A DNA stretch of 64,000 nucleotides, from sequence record MH051335.1; one strand, given 5' to 3'. The stretch's first letter is position 1; each line of letters opens with the position of its first letter. The DNA is from Escherichia phage vB_EcoM-Ro157lw. The notes beneath the pieces were generated by a model that ran no database searches, had not been told where the DNA came from, and saw nothing but the letters and a program-made list of their open reading frames with translations. A program made the translations under genes and the position numbers. Shown here piece after piece: positions 47,679 to 55,791 of this stretch.

Positions 47679-48220
47679 TATTTACTCCAGATGTCATATA
47701 CGCCAATTTGTTGGCAGACTTTGTGCAGTAATATTACGTCGTCTAATGCACGGTGCTTCTGTTCATATTTTCCGAAATATAATTCATACAGCTCTTGAAG
47801 CTTAACTCTTCGGCCAAAAATAGGCAAGGTTTGCTCGACTGTACAAATGTTTATTTCTGGAAAATTAACATCACCAAGTGTAAGACCTTCGCGCTGTAAT
47901 GCATAATCAAGGATGTTCTTATCGAATGCATGGTTGTGCGCGATAGTGGCATCAGTCTTCTTGAAGATGTCTTTTAGTTGCGGAACGAAATGAATAAAGG
48001 GTGGATTGCACTCAAGGTCTTCATTGGTTAATCCGGTAATCTTTGTGATGATTTCTTCAATCACAATTTCAGGATTAATTATGAACTCGAACGTTTCAAG
48101 AATCTCTTTGCCGTCCGTCAACAGGCCTGCAAATTCAATAGGGCGCGGCTGCATCCCAAGCGGTGCTTTCGGGTGCACGGTTAATCCGGTTGTTTCGAAG
48201 TCATAAGGGAGAAATAACAC
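47678..48220 (-). CDS. DnaQ-like 3'-5' proofreading exonuclease
   Basis: Exo I YDFETTGL, Exo II AHNHAFD, Exo III HRALDD; GTG start with AGGAGG SD. Confidence 0.8.
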   Translation of the reverse strand: MLFLPYDFETTGLTVHPKAPLGMQPRPIEFAGLLTDGKEILETFEFIINPEIVIEEIITKITGLTNEDLECNPPFIHFVPQLKDIFKKTDATIAHNHAFDKNILDYALQREGLTLGDVNFPEINICTVEQTLPIFGRRVKLQELYELYFGKYEQKHRALDDVILLHKVCQQIGVYDIWSK

Positions 48221-48273
48221 ATTGGCCTCCTACAAAAGGCCGCCCATTAGGACGGCCACAGATTCAAGATTCG

Positions 48274-48825
48274 TTATGCAGTGTACGGAGTACCATCTTG
48301 ATTCAACCGCACGATGAACTTAAGGTCGACGCCGATGATTTCACGCGTATCAAAGATCACATAGTTGTAACGACGCTGACCAGCAATATTTGGGTTGGTG
48401 TGAGAGTCAGTTACAACTTCCTGCGCAACCTGAATGCCTTCTTCTTTAAAGAACTTGCGCCATTCAGCGAGTTCAGCGGCAGTCACGTGCATACCAAGAT
48501 GGCTAACCTGATTGTCGTGTGCATCAATATATTCGATGTTTTCGTTAATCCAGTTGCGACCTTTCGTGTAGTCAAGAATTTCAAGTTCAAGAGGCTTACC
48601 AGCGCCGCCATCGGTGCCGTTGCCAGCTTGATAGTTGAAGCGCAAGTCAGCTTCGTTGGTGCAATCGCCGCGCTGACCTTTAAAGTCATCAGCTTCAAAT
48701 ACGCGACCAGTAGCAACAACATGATCATGGAACCATTCTGTCAGGCCGATTTTAGCCAGAAAATCCTGTGCGCGCTGAGCATCTGGAATTGACAGGGCGA
48801 TTTGTTCAATTTTAAAGTGTGGCAT
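48274..48825 (-). CDS. VOC/glyoxalase-fold protein (tentative)
   Basis: N-terminal pattern KIEQIALSIPDAQRAQDFLAKIGL. Confidence 0.35.
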   Translation of the reverse strand: MPHFKIEQIALSIPDAQRAQDFLAKIGLTEWFHDHVVATGRVFEADDFKGQRGDCTNEADLRFNYQAGNGTDGGAGKPLELEILDYTKGRNWINENIEYIDAHDNQVSHLGMHVTAAELAEWRKFFKEEGIQVAQEVVTDSHTNPNIAGQRRYNYVIFDTREIIGVDLKFIVRLNQDGTPYTA

Positions 48826-48845
48826 TTTGTTTCCTTAATTAAATA

Positions 48846-49016
48846 TTATTGATTAATTACTGTGTTGCCTTCGATGGAATAAGTCTCAATGGAACCGACG
48901 CGCTCGTGGTTAATCTTTGCGTTTTCGATTCTTATTACTTCAAATCCAACGCCTTCTTGATCAATCTTCACTTCTGCCACGTCGCCAATCACTTCTACAA
49001 CAACTTTGATAGTCAT
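48846..49016 (-). CDS. small hypothetical protein (56 aa); below ORF-track size cutoff
   Basis: ATG 3 nt downstream of SDR stop; GGGAAA SD-like. Confidence 0.35.
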   Translation of the reverse strand: MTIKVVVEVIGDVAEVKIDQEGVGFEVIRIENAKINHERVGSIETYSIEGNTVINQ

Positions 49017-49019
49017 GAT

Positions 49020-49703
49020 TTATTTCCCAAATGGAATATCAGTACCAGACATAAAGCGCCATGCGCCCGTAATTAAGATATGGCGAATGAAGTCAGCAAT
49101 TACTTGCGGCTCAGTCTCCAATCCGTTCATCAATGCCTTTTTCTGGTATTCAGCGGCATACTCAGGAGTCCAGCCGCGAGTCGCGCAAACAGCATCTTCA
49201 ATCTGTTTGGACATGCCAGTACCACGTAGCTTGTTAGGACTAATAGAGAATACCGTGATCCCGTATTTAGGCGTAAGCTCGTGAGCCATCTGCTTGCTAA
49301 TCATAAGCGCAGCAGCCTTGGATGCATTATAACACAAGCTGGACGTCATAGGAATATGCGCAGCATTAGAAACGATATTGATCACAAAACCTTTGTTGTC
49401 GATAAGACTTTTCAGCGCGGCCTGAGTCGTGTTGACGAAAGAGAAGGCGTTGGTGTGCATAACGCGATTGAACTCTTCGTAGTTAACATCTTCGAACCAG
49501 TTGTTGGAGTTGACGCCAGCGCAGTTGATCAAGCCTTCTACGTCGTATTGAGAGAGAAGCTCTTTCATCTGTTTCGCGTTACGGATGTCATAGCCGTTCT
49601 CCAAATCAATACCGACAACTTCATGACCGTAAGCGCCAAGGGTGTCAAAAATGGATTTACCAAGACCGGAATTGCAGCCAGTTACAACAATTACTTTTTT
49701 CAT
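49020..49703 (-). CDS. short-chain dehydrogenase/reductase (SDR)
   Basis: TGxxxGxG (VTGCNSGLGKS), NCAG, YNASK catalytic motif. Confidence 0.7.
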   Translation of the reverse strand: MKKVIVVTGCNSGLGKSIFDTLGAYGHEVVGIDLENGYDIRNAKQMKELLSQYDVEGLINCAGVNSNNWFEDVNYEEFNRVMHTNAFSFVNTTQAALKSLIDNKGFVINIVSNAAHIPMTSSLCYNASKAAALMISKQMAHELTPKYGITVFSISPNKLRGTGMSKQIEDAVCATRGWTPEYAAEYQKKALMNGLETEPQVIADFIRHILITGAWRFMSGTDIPFGK

Positions 49704-49724
49704 TTATTTATCCTTTTTGGACTT

Positions 49725-49758
49725 CGTTTCGATGAGATAAATATAACTCATCGAAACG
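49725..49758 (-). promoter_or_regulatory. 12-bp perfect inverted repeat CGTTTCGATGAG / CTCATCGAAACG with 10-bp spacer in the SDR gene leader
   Basis: Direct reading; 13-mer TTCGTTTCGATGA also at 42666-42678. Confidence 0.5.
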
Positions 49759-49768
49759 CACAAGTAAA

Positions 49769-50641
49769 CTATTTATTGAAATTAATATTATGGGTGTTAA
49801 CAAGACGTTCACACATGGCGCTGTAAACACCATCATCGTGTATAGAGTCTTCGTGCTTCAGGCCGCTGATTGCGAAGCGTGTAAGCTTGACAATCTTAAG
49901 CTCGAACAGATGCCACATGTGGTAGTCTTCCGGCGTTTTCAACGTCACGCCATTAGGGAAAAGCACTTGCATAACCTGACCTACCATCACAGCGTTATCG
50001 CCATAGACAGCGTTGCGCTCACGGAAGGTTGCTGCCATTGCATCAAGAATATCGGCGGCAGTTGCCGGAGATTGTTCAACTTCCACAGCCTTAGTCTCTT
50101 CTTGCCCTGTTGCGCTTGGATCAATTGCTAATTGTTGCACCACTTCACCTGCCTTGCAAAGATTAAATGTAAAAGCGATTTTATTTTGAGCAACGGAATT
50201 ATAATACAATGCTTCATCTTGCATCCGCGCGAGTACGTCTTGTCGGTCGTCGAATACATTGATGATTCGATAATCGCCGTGCCGCAATGCGTGCGATAGC
50301 CATGCAGATTTCATAATAGTTGATGGACGTTTGTCGCCATAGTCTCTCATCTTGATTGTAAATTCATCAAAAGGAAAAACATTATCCAGACGTTCAAAAG
50401 TCACTTGTCTGTATTTTTCTGGCCTTGCAGTCCAATATTCAACCGCCTCACCGCGAAGAGATGCCGACTCTACTGCTGATGCAATGTGAGGATAGAACTG
50501 ATCATAACCAATACCGCTGTGATAGTCATCATAGTCTGACGACGGACCTGCCACCTTTATGCGGTCTAAGCGCCAACGGTCATCAAACAGCGTTCCGTCA
50601 AGGTCGAATACATTTAAGATTTCGCTGTTTTTAATGCTCAT
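49769..50641 (-). CDS. HAD-superfamily phosphatase-like protein with extra C-terminal domain
   Basis: Motif I VFDLDGTLFD and later DD motif. Confidence 0.55.
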   Translation of the reverse strand: MSIKNSEILNVFDLDGTLFDDRWRLDRIKVAGPSSDYDDYHSGIGYDQFYPHIASAVESASLRGEAVEYWTARPEKYRQVTFERLDNVFPFDEFTIKMRDYGDKRPSTIMKSAWLSHALRHGDYRIINVFDDRQDVLARMQDEALYYNSVAQNKIAFTFNLCKAGEVVQQLAIDPSATGQEETKAVEVEQSPATAADILDAMAATFRERNAVYGDNAVMVGQVMQVLFPNGVTLKTPEDYHMWHLFELKIVKLTRFAISGLKHEDSIHDDGVYSAMCERLVNTHNINFNK

Positions 50642-51468
50642 CCTTTTGATACTCCATCTTTAGCAACTGGATTGTTGGTGATTGGCATCGCACTCCAAAA
50701 CTGGATGCGCAACTCTTCTTGCTGTGCCGTGGTATCCATCCAATCACGATACCAAGGGCAATGGGCTTTGCCATGACGAGGAAACGCGCATTTACCCATA
50801 CCGATGCATTGCGGCTGTAATAATGGATTTGCCCACGGGTGCACCTTGAGGACTTCCGCAACCATTGCGCGGAATACTTCTTGATACTCGCCTTGAGTGC
50901 GCGTGCACAAGCGGTTTGACGCCATCTGCTGCAGCGTGCGCAAGTTGAACTTTGCCATGATATGCGTTTGCATATTAGAAGGCAACACGGCACGTGCATC
51001 TTGAATCTCTGCGCCAGCCGCGCGAAGCTCTTGATACAAAGCATCGATAGTCGCCATCGCATCATCCCACTTCTCTGCTAAGTATTGCTTTTGAAGTAAA
51101 GATTGGTGCTCTTCATCAGTCCCAAACGCTTCACATTGATCAATCAACTCTGGATTTTGGTGTGAGAATGCCTTCGGACGAATCGCATCAAATGCAGACG
51201 ACTCCTGAGCGCGGCTGGTACGTTCTTGATATGCGCCTGTGCGTGTGCGCACCATCTGATGGGTCATGTTCTTTGAAACATCGGTGATGTCAAAGATATA
51301 GTCCACAAAGTCAAAAGGCGACTTGATTGTATCAAGCATGTAGCGCCAGTGCTCTTGCTTCTCTGATTCCGTCATCTCAGAGACAGGCTTGCCAGTCATG
51401 CGCGTGTTCTTTGTTTCCAGCAAAAGGTCAAGTGCATCTTGGGTGTATCGAATTAATTTAACTTTCAT
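50638..51468 (-). CDS. ThyX-like flavin-dependent thymidylate synthase homolog (divergent RTR in place of RHR)
   Basis: VRTRTGAYQERTSR aligns to the ThyX RHRxxxxxxxS region. Confidence 0.5.
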   Translation of the reverse strand: MKVKLIRYTQDALDLLLETKNTRMTGKPVSEMTESEKQEHWRYMLDTIKSPFDFVDYIFDITDVSKNMTHQMVRTRTGAYQERTSRAQESSAFDAIRPKAFSHQNPELIDQCEAFGTDEEHQSLLQKQYLAEKWDDAMATIDALYQELRAAGAEIQDARAVLPSNMQTHIMAKFNLRTLQQMASNRLCTRTQGEYQEVFRAMVAEVLKVHPWANPLLQPQCIGMGKCAFPRHGKAHCPWYRDWMDTTAQQEELRIQFWSAMPITNNPVAKDGVSKG

Positions 51469-51481
51469 TTTAATTATCCTA

Positions 51482-51928
51482 TTAACGGTAGTTCACTAGT
51501 TGCTGATCACCAGAGAAGGTGCAATGATAAACAAATTGTGCATTATAAAGCAACTGAAAACTTTTCTTTGGTTCACTATTAGCACTCATCGATGTGAATA
51601 CTTCTGCACCGGAACGGTTTTCACCGATTAAGTTGACAAAGCCGCCAGTTGTGCGAGGTTGAACGAAAGTGAAACGTTGCATCCACGGAGTCCGGTTGAC
51701 ACCTTTTCCGGTGAATCCTTGAATCTGAATATTCAGACCTTCTTGCTCATTCACACCGATGTAAGTGGTAATCTTCGCACCAGTCGTTGCTGCGGTCTTA
51801 CCGTCCATCGCTTCGCAATCATAAACAGCGATTGAATCGGAAGTACGGATGGCAGCTTCAGTCGCTTCCATATACATGGTGCCGAGAATAGCAGTTGCGG
51901 CAAGCGCGATTCCAGTGATTCGTTTCAT
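51482..51928 (-). CDS. secreted protein (signal peptide, two Cys)
   Basis: N-terminus MKRITGIALAATAILG. Confidence 0.5.
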   Translation of the reverse strand: MKRITGIALAATAILGTMYMEATEAAIRTSDSIAVYDCEAMDGKTAATTGAKITTYIGVNEQEGLNIQIQGFTGKGVNRTPWMQRFTFVQPRTTGGFVNLIGENRSGAEVFTSMSANSEPKKSFQLLYNAQFVYHCTFSGDQQLVNYR

Positions 51929-51993
51929 TTTCGTTTCCTCTATGAGTTCTGCTTCAATGATTAAAGTATACGCCCATTGAAGCAGAAAGCAAA

Positions 51994-52989
51994 TTATTTA
52001 TTAGCAATATAAGCAAATTTTTGATAGTTATTTGCTTTGATGAGTTTTTCAACTTCAACAAGATCATGAGCGACGTCATCAAGCAAAATGTTTCGCCAGG
52101 TAGCAAATCGACCGACACTAAACACGTTCAAATCCATAGTCAGCTGCAGGAGTAAGGCGTGTCGCAAGTCTTTCGGAATGTCGACAATCTTTCCATATTT
52201 CTGGTCGACCTTTTCAACTTCTTCAAGAGCGATGTCACTCCATGAGAGGCCAAATGCCGTCAGCACCTCGTCGACTTCTGCGCGCAGCTTGATGTCACGG
52301 TAACGAGTGATGCCGCCAGCGGCTTCAACTGCAGCTTCACTTACGCTGACCAAAGGAATTGTTTCAATGATAAGCGTGTCACCAGTAATTGATGCGCGGT
52401 AAGTTCTGACGGAGTAGTCAGGGAAGTAAATTGTCTGATACAAATCACACTTACGTTTAATCTTAAAGCGGTAAACACGAATGTTTGCTTTATCAAATGA
52501 GAAATCAAGCTTTTGATCAATCCCAGCCAGCTTCATCATGACTGGCAGCGGCGACGTGTTGATGATTGGCGTCTCGCTATAGCCGCAAAGAGTATCAACC
52601 GGAGTATTAAAGAATATGCGGTCACCCAGTTTGTCGACAAGCTGATCATAAAAGTCATCAGGCGCAATATAACGCGTTGCAGTCTTAAGATTCATGATTG
52701 AACGGCTGCCAAACTGATTGGTGACCTTCATGGAATACATATTGGCAAGGTTGATTGGGCAATGGTCGTGGTAGTAGTTGCCGCGAAAATACACAGCCTT
52801 GTCAACTGTCACTGCCTTAAAAGGGATTCCGGTAATACGGCTTACTTCTTCGCCACGGAAGCGTAGCAGCGCCTTGTGCTGTTGCGCTCGCTCCCCTGCT
52901 TCGTACACAACAGAGTTCGGGAAGTGACACGCTGTGATAAGTCCTGCCAATCCGCCGCCGATAATCATTACAGGTTGTTTCATGTTCAT
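51994..52989 (-). CDS. FAD/NAD(P)-binding oxidoreductase (possibly UDP-galactopyranose-mutase-like)
   Basis: N-terminal GxGxxG MIIGGGLAGL; C-terminal GRFATW motif. Confidence 0.5.
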   Translation of the reverse strand: MNMKQPVMIIGGGLAGLITACHFPNSVVYEAGERAQQHKALLRFRGEEVSRITGIPFKAVTVDKAVYFRGNYYHDHCPINLANMYSMKVTNQFGSRSIMNLKTATRYIAPDDFYDQLVDKLGDRIFFNTPVDTLCGYSETPIINTSPLPVMMKLAGIDQKLDFSFDKANIRVYRFKIKRKCDLYQTIYFPDYSVRTYRASITGDTLIIETIPLVSVSEAAVEAAGGITRYRDIKLRAEVDEVLTAFGLSWSDIALEEVEKVDQKYGKIVDIPKDLRHALLLQLTMDLNVFSVGRFATWRNILLDDVAHDLVEVEKLIKANNYQKFAYIANK

Positions 52990-53121
52990 TTGTCCTTTGT
53001 GGGTGATATGAGAAGTATAATAGCTAAATTATTTTACAGCAACAAGTCATTTTATTTAGTACAGATGAAAAAAGACCCACAACAAGTGTGGGTCAATTAC
53101 CGCTGCATAACCGTCCTAAGG

Positions 53122-53967
53122 TTATTCCGCTTGATCACCGTCTTCGGCATCTTCGTTGGATTCAACATCGACAAACTCGATGTGGCCCATCTCTTCCAGC
53201 TTGCTCAGGTAGGAGCGAACGGAAGCGCCAAACAGTTGATCTTTAACTTTTTCGCCCAGCTCATCGATAGACTGCGCCACGCCAACTTCGCCTTCTTTGA
53301 TCGCCGCCAGAACGCGTCCACGGGTGGAATGCTCTTGCGGCTGGCTCAGGCCATTGCCAGTGTAGATGAAGTGGGTTGCTTTTGCGCGACGCTGACCGTT
53401 TGCCTTTTTAGCAGCCTTACGTTCTGCGATGGCTTTGCGACGTTCTTCAGCTTCTTTCTTACGCTGTTCTTTCTGCTTTTCTGCAGCTTCTTTAGCCGCA
53501 ATCTTAGCAGCTTCACGCTCTGCCTTGCGTTTCGCTTTAGCTTCTTCTTTGGCCTTCTCTTTTTCGGCCTTCGCTGCAGCACGGGCTTGATCACGCTCTG
53601 CTTTCTTAGCAGCAGCTTGTTCAGCTTTCAGGCGCTTGGCTTCTTCTTTGGCCTTTGCCTTTTCGATTTCTTTTGCTGCTTTAGCGGCTTCACGCTCTGC
53701 TTTCTTAGCAGCTGCTTTTTCTGCACGCTCTTTGGCTTTCTTCGCTGCTTCTTCAGCACGTTTCTGTGCTTTCTCATCAGCGGCCTGCTTGCGTTTCAGT
53801 GCAGCTTCTTCACGCTTGGCTTGTTTTTCCTGCTCACGCTTCTGGCGTTTTTCTTCGGCTTCTTTCTTTTTAGCCAGGCGTTTTTCTTCAGCCACGCGAC
53901 GACGTTCTGCTGCAGCTGCTTGTTTTTCTTCTTTAGATAATACTTTGATTGCTTCGGCCATATTCAC
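53122..53967 (-). CDS. Lys/Glu/Ala-rich charged-helix protein with C-terminal globular domain
   Basis: ~190 aa of KAE-rich low-complexity sequence; AAGGA SD; same strand as all neighbours. Confidence 0.6.
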   Translation of the reverse strand: MNMAEAIKVLSKEEKQAAAAERRRVAEEKRLAKKKEAEEKRQKREQEKQAKREEAALKRKQAADEKAQKRAEEAAKKAKERAEKAAAKKAEREAAKAAKEIEKAKAKEEAKRLKAEQAAAKKAERDQARAAAKAEKEKAKEEAKAKRKAEREAAKIAAKEAAEKQKEQRKKEAEERRKAIAERKAAKKANGQRRAKATHFIYTGNGLSQPQEHSTRGRVLAAIKEGEVGVAQSIDELGEKVKDQLFGASVRSYLSKLEEMGHIEFVDVESNEDAEDGDQAE

Positions 53968-54120
53968 AGTCCTTAAATAAATTAGTTTATTTTATATTCC
54001 CCGTTTGGGATAACTTAATTATGCCTTCAGTCGCCGCCAGTAGCAACTAAAAACTCTGGCGGCAATGCCACTTTAATTAAACTGATTTTCAGTTTTATTT
54101 TTCGTAAATTTACGTCAACA

Positions 54121-55305
54121 TTAACGCGCTTTCAAATCACGGTACACAGTCAGATTCTTCTTAGCGCGGGTAATAGCTGTATACATCATCTTGGCATACG
54201 GAACGCCGCGCAAGATTTCTTCCAGCACGCACACATTGTCCCACTCGCTGCCTTGAGATTTGTGCACCGTTATGACATAGCCATAGTCCATTCCTCCAAC
54301 AGCGCGTTGGGCCTCTTTGCGCACTTCCTGATCAGTAGAGAAGGAAAGAGGATTTATCTTAACCTTTATATCTTTGCCATCGGTAAGCGAGCGCAAATTT
54401 ACATACATTATTTCATTGGACTCATCTTCATCCCTTTCAAAGTCCGGTACTGGCTCATAACTAATAACAATCCCTTGCTCGCCATTACAGAATCCTGGAC
54501 CGTGTTGGTTGAATGTACAAATAACTTTCTCGCCGATTCCTGGCATTGGCGTTATACGTCCGCTCACTTGTCGCAATAATGAATTCCATTTATCTTTAGT
54601 GCTATTATATGAGCAAATAATTTGATCATCTTCGCCCATGAATTTCTTCAGTGCGGTAACGCGCGGCGATTCAGCCAACACCTTTACGTCATCGTATTCA
54701 CGCGGAGGAAGTCGGTTGCCCTGTCGCACGAAGAAGGAAGCGCGGATTATGTTGGACTCTTTTCCCTGCCGCATGATTTCGGTTAACAGTACGTCAACGG
54801 CATCTTCAGTAAAGTAGGCGGCGGCTTTTACCGGAGGGACTTGCCCAATGTCGCCTAATGCCAGCACAGGGATGCGGTGATCAAGAAGGCGCTCTGTGTC
54901 CCACTCGCCAACCATTGAAGCTTCATCAAGGACTACAAGATGCGGCTTTTCGTCCAGCTTTGACTTTCTCGAAAATATTGGCTCATTGTCGTCATTTACG
55001 CCGCGAACGTTATAGATGAACTGGTGAAGGGTCTTCGCGCCACGACACCCTTTCTGCTTCAATCGGCTGGCGGCCTTTCCGGTCGGCGCAATATAAATGG
55101 CACCGTACTCACCGACACAACGGCGCACAATCTCACGCGCAATAGAGGTTTTACCTGTTCCTGCATAGCCAGCGATGAAAAACACGCGCTTCGTCGTTTT
55201 ACCGTCCTGCAATCGCTTGTACCATGCAACGGCCTTTTCGATGGCATCAATCTGTTGCGCGTTAAACTGAATCGCTGGCTCATTATTAAATTCTGGAATG
55301 TTCAT
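54121..55305 (-). CDS. Dda/RecD-like SF1 DNA helicase
   Basis: Walker A GYAGTGKT, Walker B VVLDEASMV, VHKSQGSEWDNV. Confidence 0.75.
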   Translation of the reverse strand: MNIPEFNNEPAIQFNAQQIDAIEKAVAWYKRLQDGKTTKRVFFIAGYAGTGKTSIAREIVRRCVGEYGAIYIAPTGKAASRLKQKGCRGAKTLHQFIYNVRGVNDDNEPIFSRKSKLDEKPHLVVLDEASMVGEWDTERLLDHRIPVLALGDIGQVPPVKAAAYFTEDAVDVLLTEIMRQGKESNIIRASFFVRQGNRLPPREYDDVKVLAESPRVTALKKFMGEDDQIICSYNSTKDKWNSLLRQVSGRITPMPGIGEKVICTFNQHGPGFCNGEQGIVISYEPVPDFERDEDESNEIMYVNLRSLTDGKDIKVKINPLSFSTDQEVRKEAQRAVGGMDYGYVITVHKSQGSEWDNVCVLEEILRGVPYAKMMYTAITRAKKNLTVYRDLKAR

Positions 55306-55631
55306 TATAACTCCACTACGCTTTCAAGGTCCAGATATACTGGAATAAAATGGCAATCTTCTTTTCGTTCAAACATCTCACCGTCAACGTGACTGAAGAA
55401 AACAGTCGTGTTTGGTATCTTCCACCCTTGCTCGTCTCGCACCAGGTACGCCATGGATTCAACAGGGATGTAAAGCGATACCGGATTTGCGGCAAAGATG
55501 AATTTGATTCTGTCTGGTTGACCCAGGAATCGCATAATTGTAAGACTTGAATTCAGTCTTGTATTAAGGAAGGACTCAACGATGCCGACGTGTGTTGCAC
55601 GTTCGCGTTGCTTCGTATCTTTTTCGTTCAT
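55305..55631 (-). CDS. hypothetical protein
   Basis: ORF track. Confidence 0.55.
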   Translation of the reverse strand: MNEKDTKQRERATHVGIVESFLNTRLNSSLTIMRFLGQPDRIKFIFAANPVSLYIPVESMAYLVRDEQGWKIPNTTVFFSHVDGEMFERKEDCHFIPVYLDLESVVEL

Positions 55632-55669
55632 TTCAGGCGACCTTTGTTAGTGCGGAAATATTTTTTGAT

Positions 55670-55698
55670 AGTATAATTGCAGATATAGTATAAAGCAA
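55670..55698 (-). promoter_or_regulatory. leftward sigma70-like promoter TTGCTT-N17-TATACT
   Basis: Hexamers read on the minus strand, ~30 nt upstream of the 55631 start. Confidence 0.4.
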
Positions 55699-55734
55699 AG
55701 TAAATCGAAATTGTGAACTAAATGGTAAATATTG

Positions 55735-55762
55735 TTGACTTTGCATCACTCAATATTATACT
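55735..55762 (+). promoter_or_regulatory. rightward sigma70-like promoter TTGACT-N16-TATACT
   Basis: Near-consensus hexamers upstream of 55792. Confidence 0.5.
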
Positions 55763-55791
55763 GCAGGTATTGATCACCGAAGGAAAGAAAG

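Noticed and set aside
52876-53940. 354-aa plus-strand ORF rich in Phe/Leu/Cys
   Set aside because: Antisense reading of the Lys/Glu/Ala-rich repeat gene; overlaps two minus-strand genes; no SD; TTG start.
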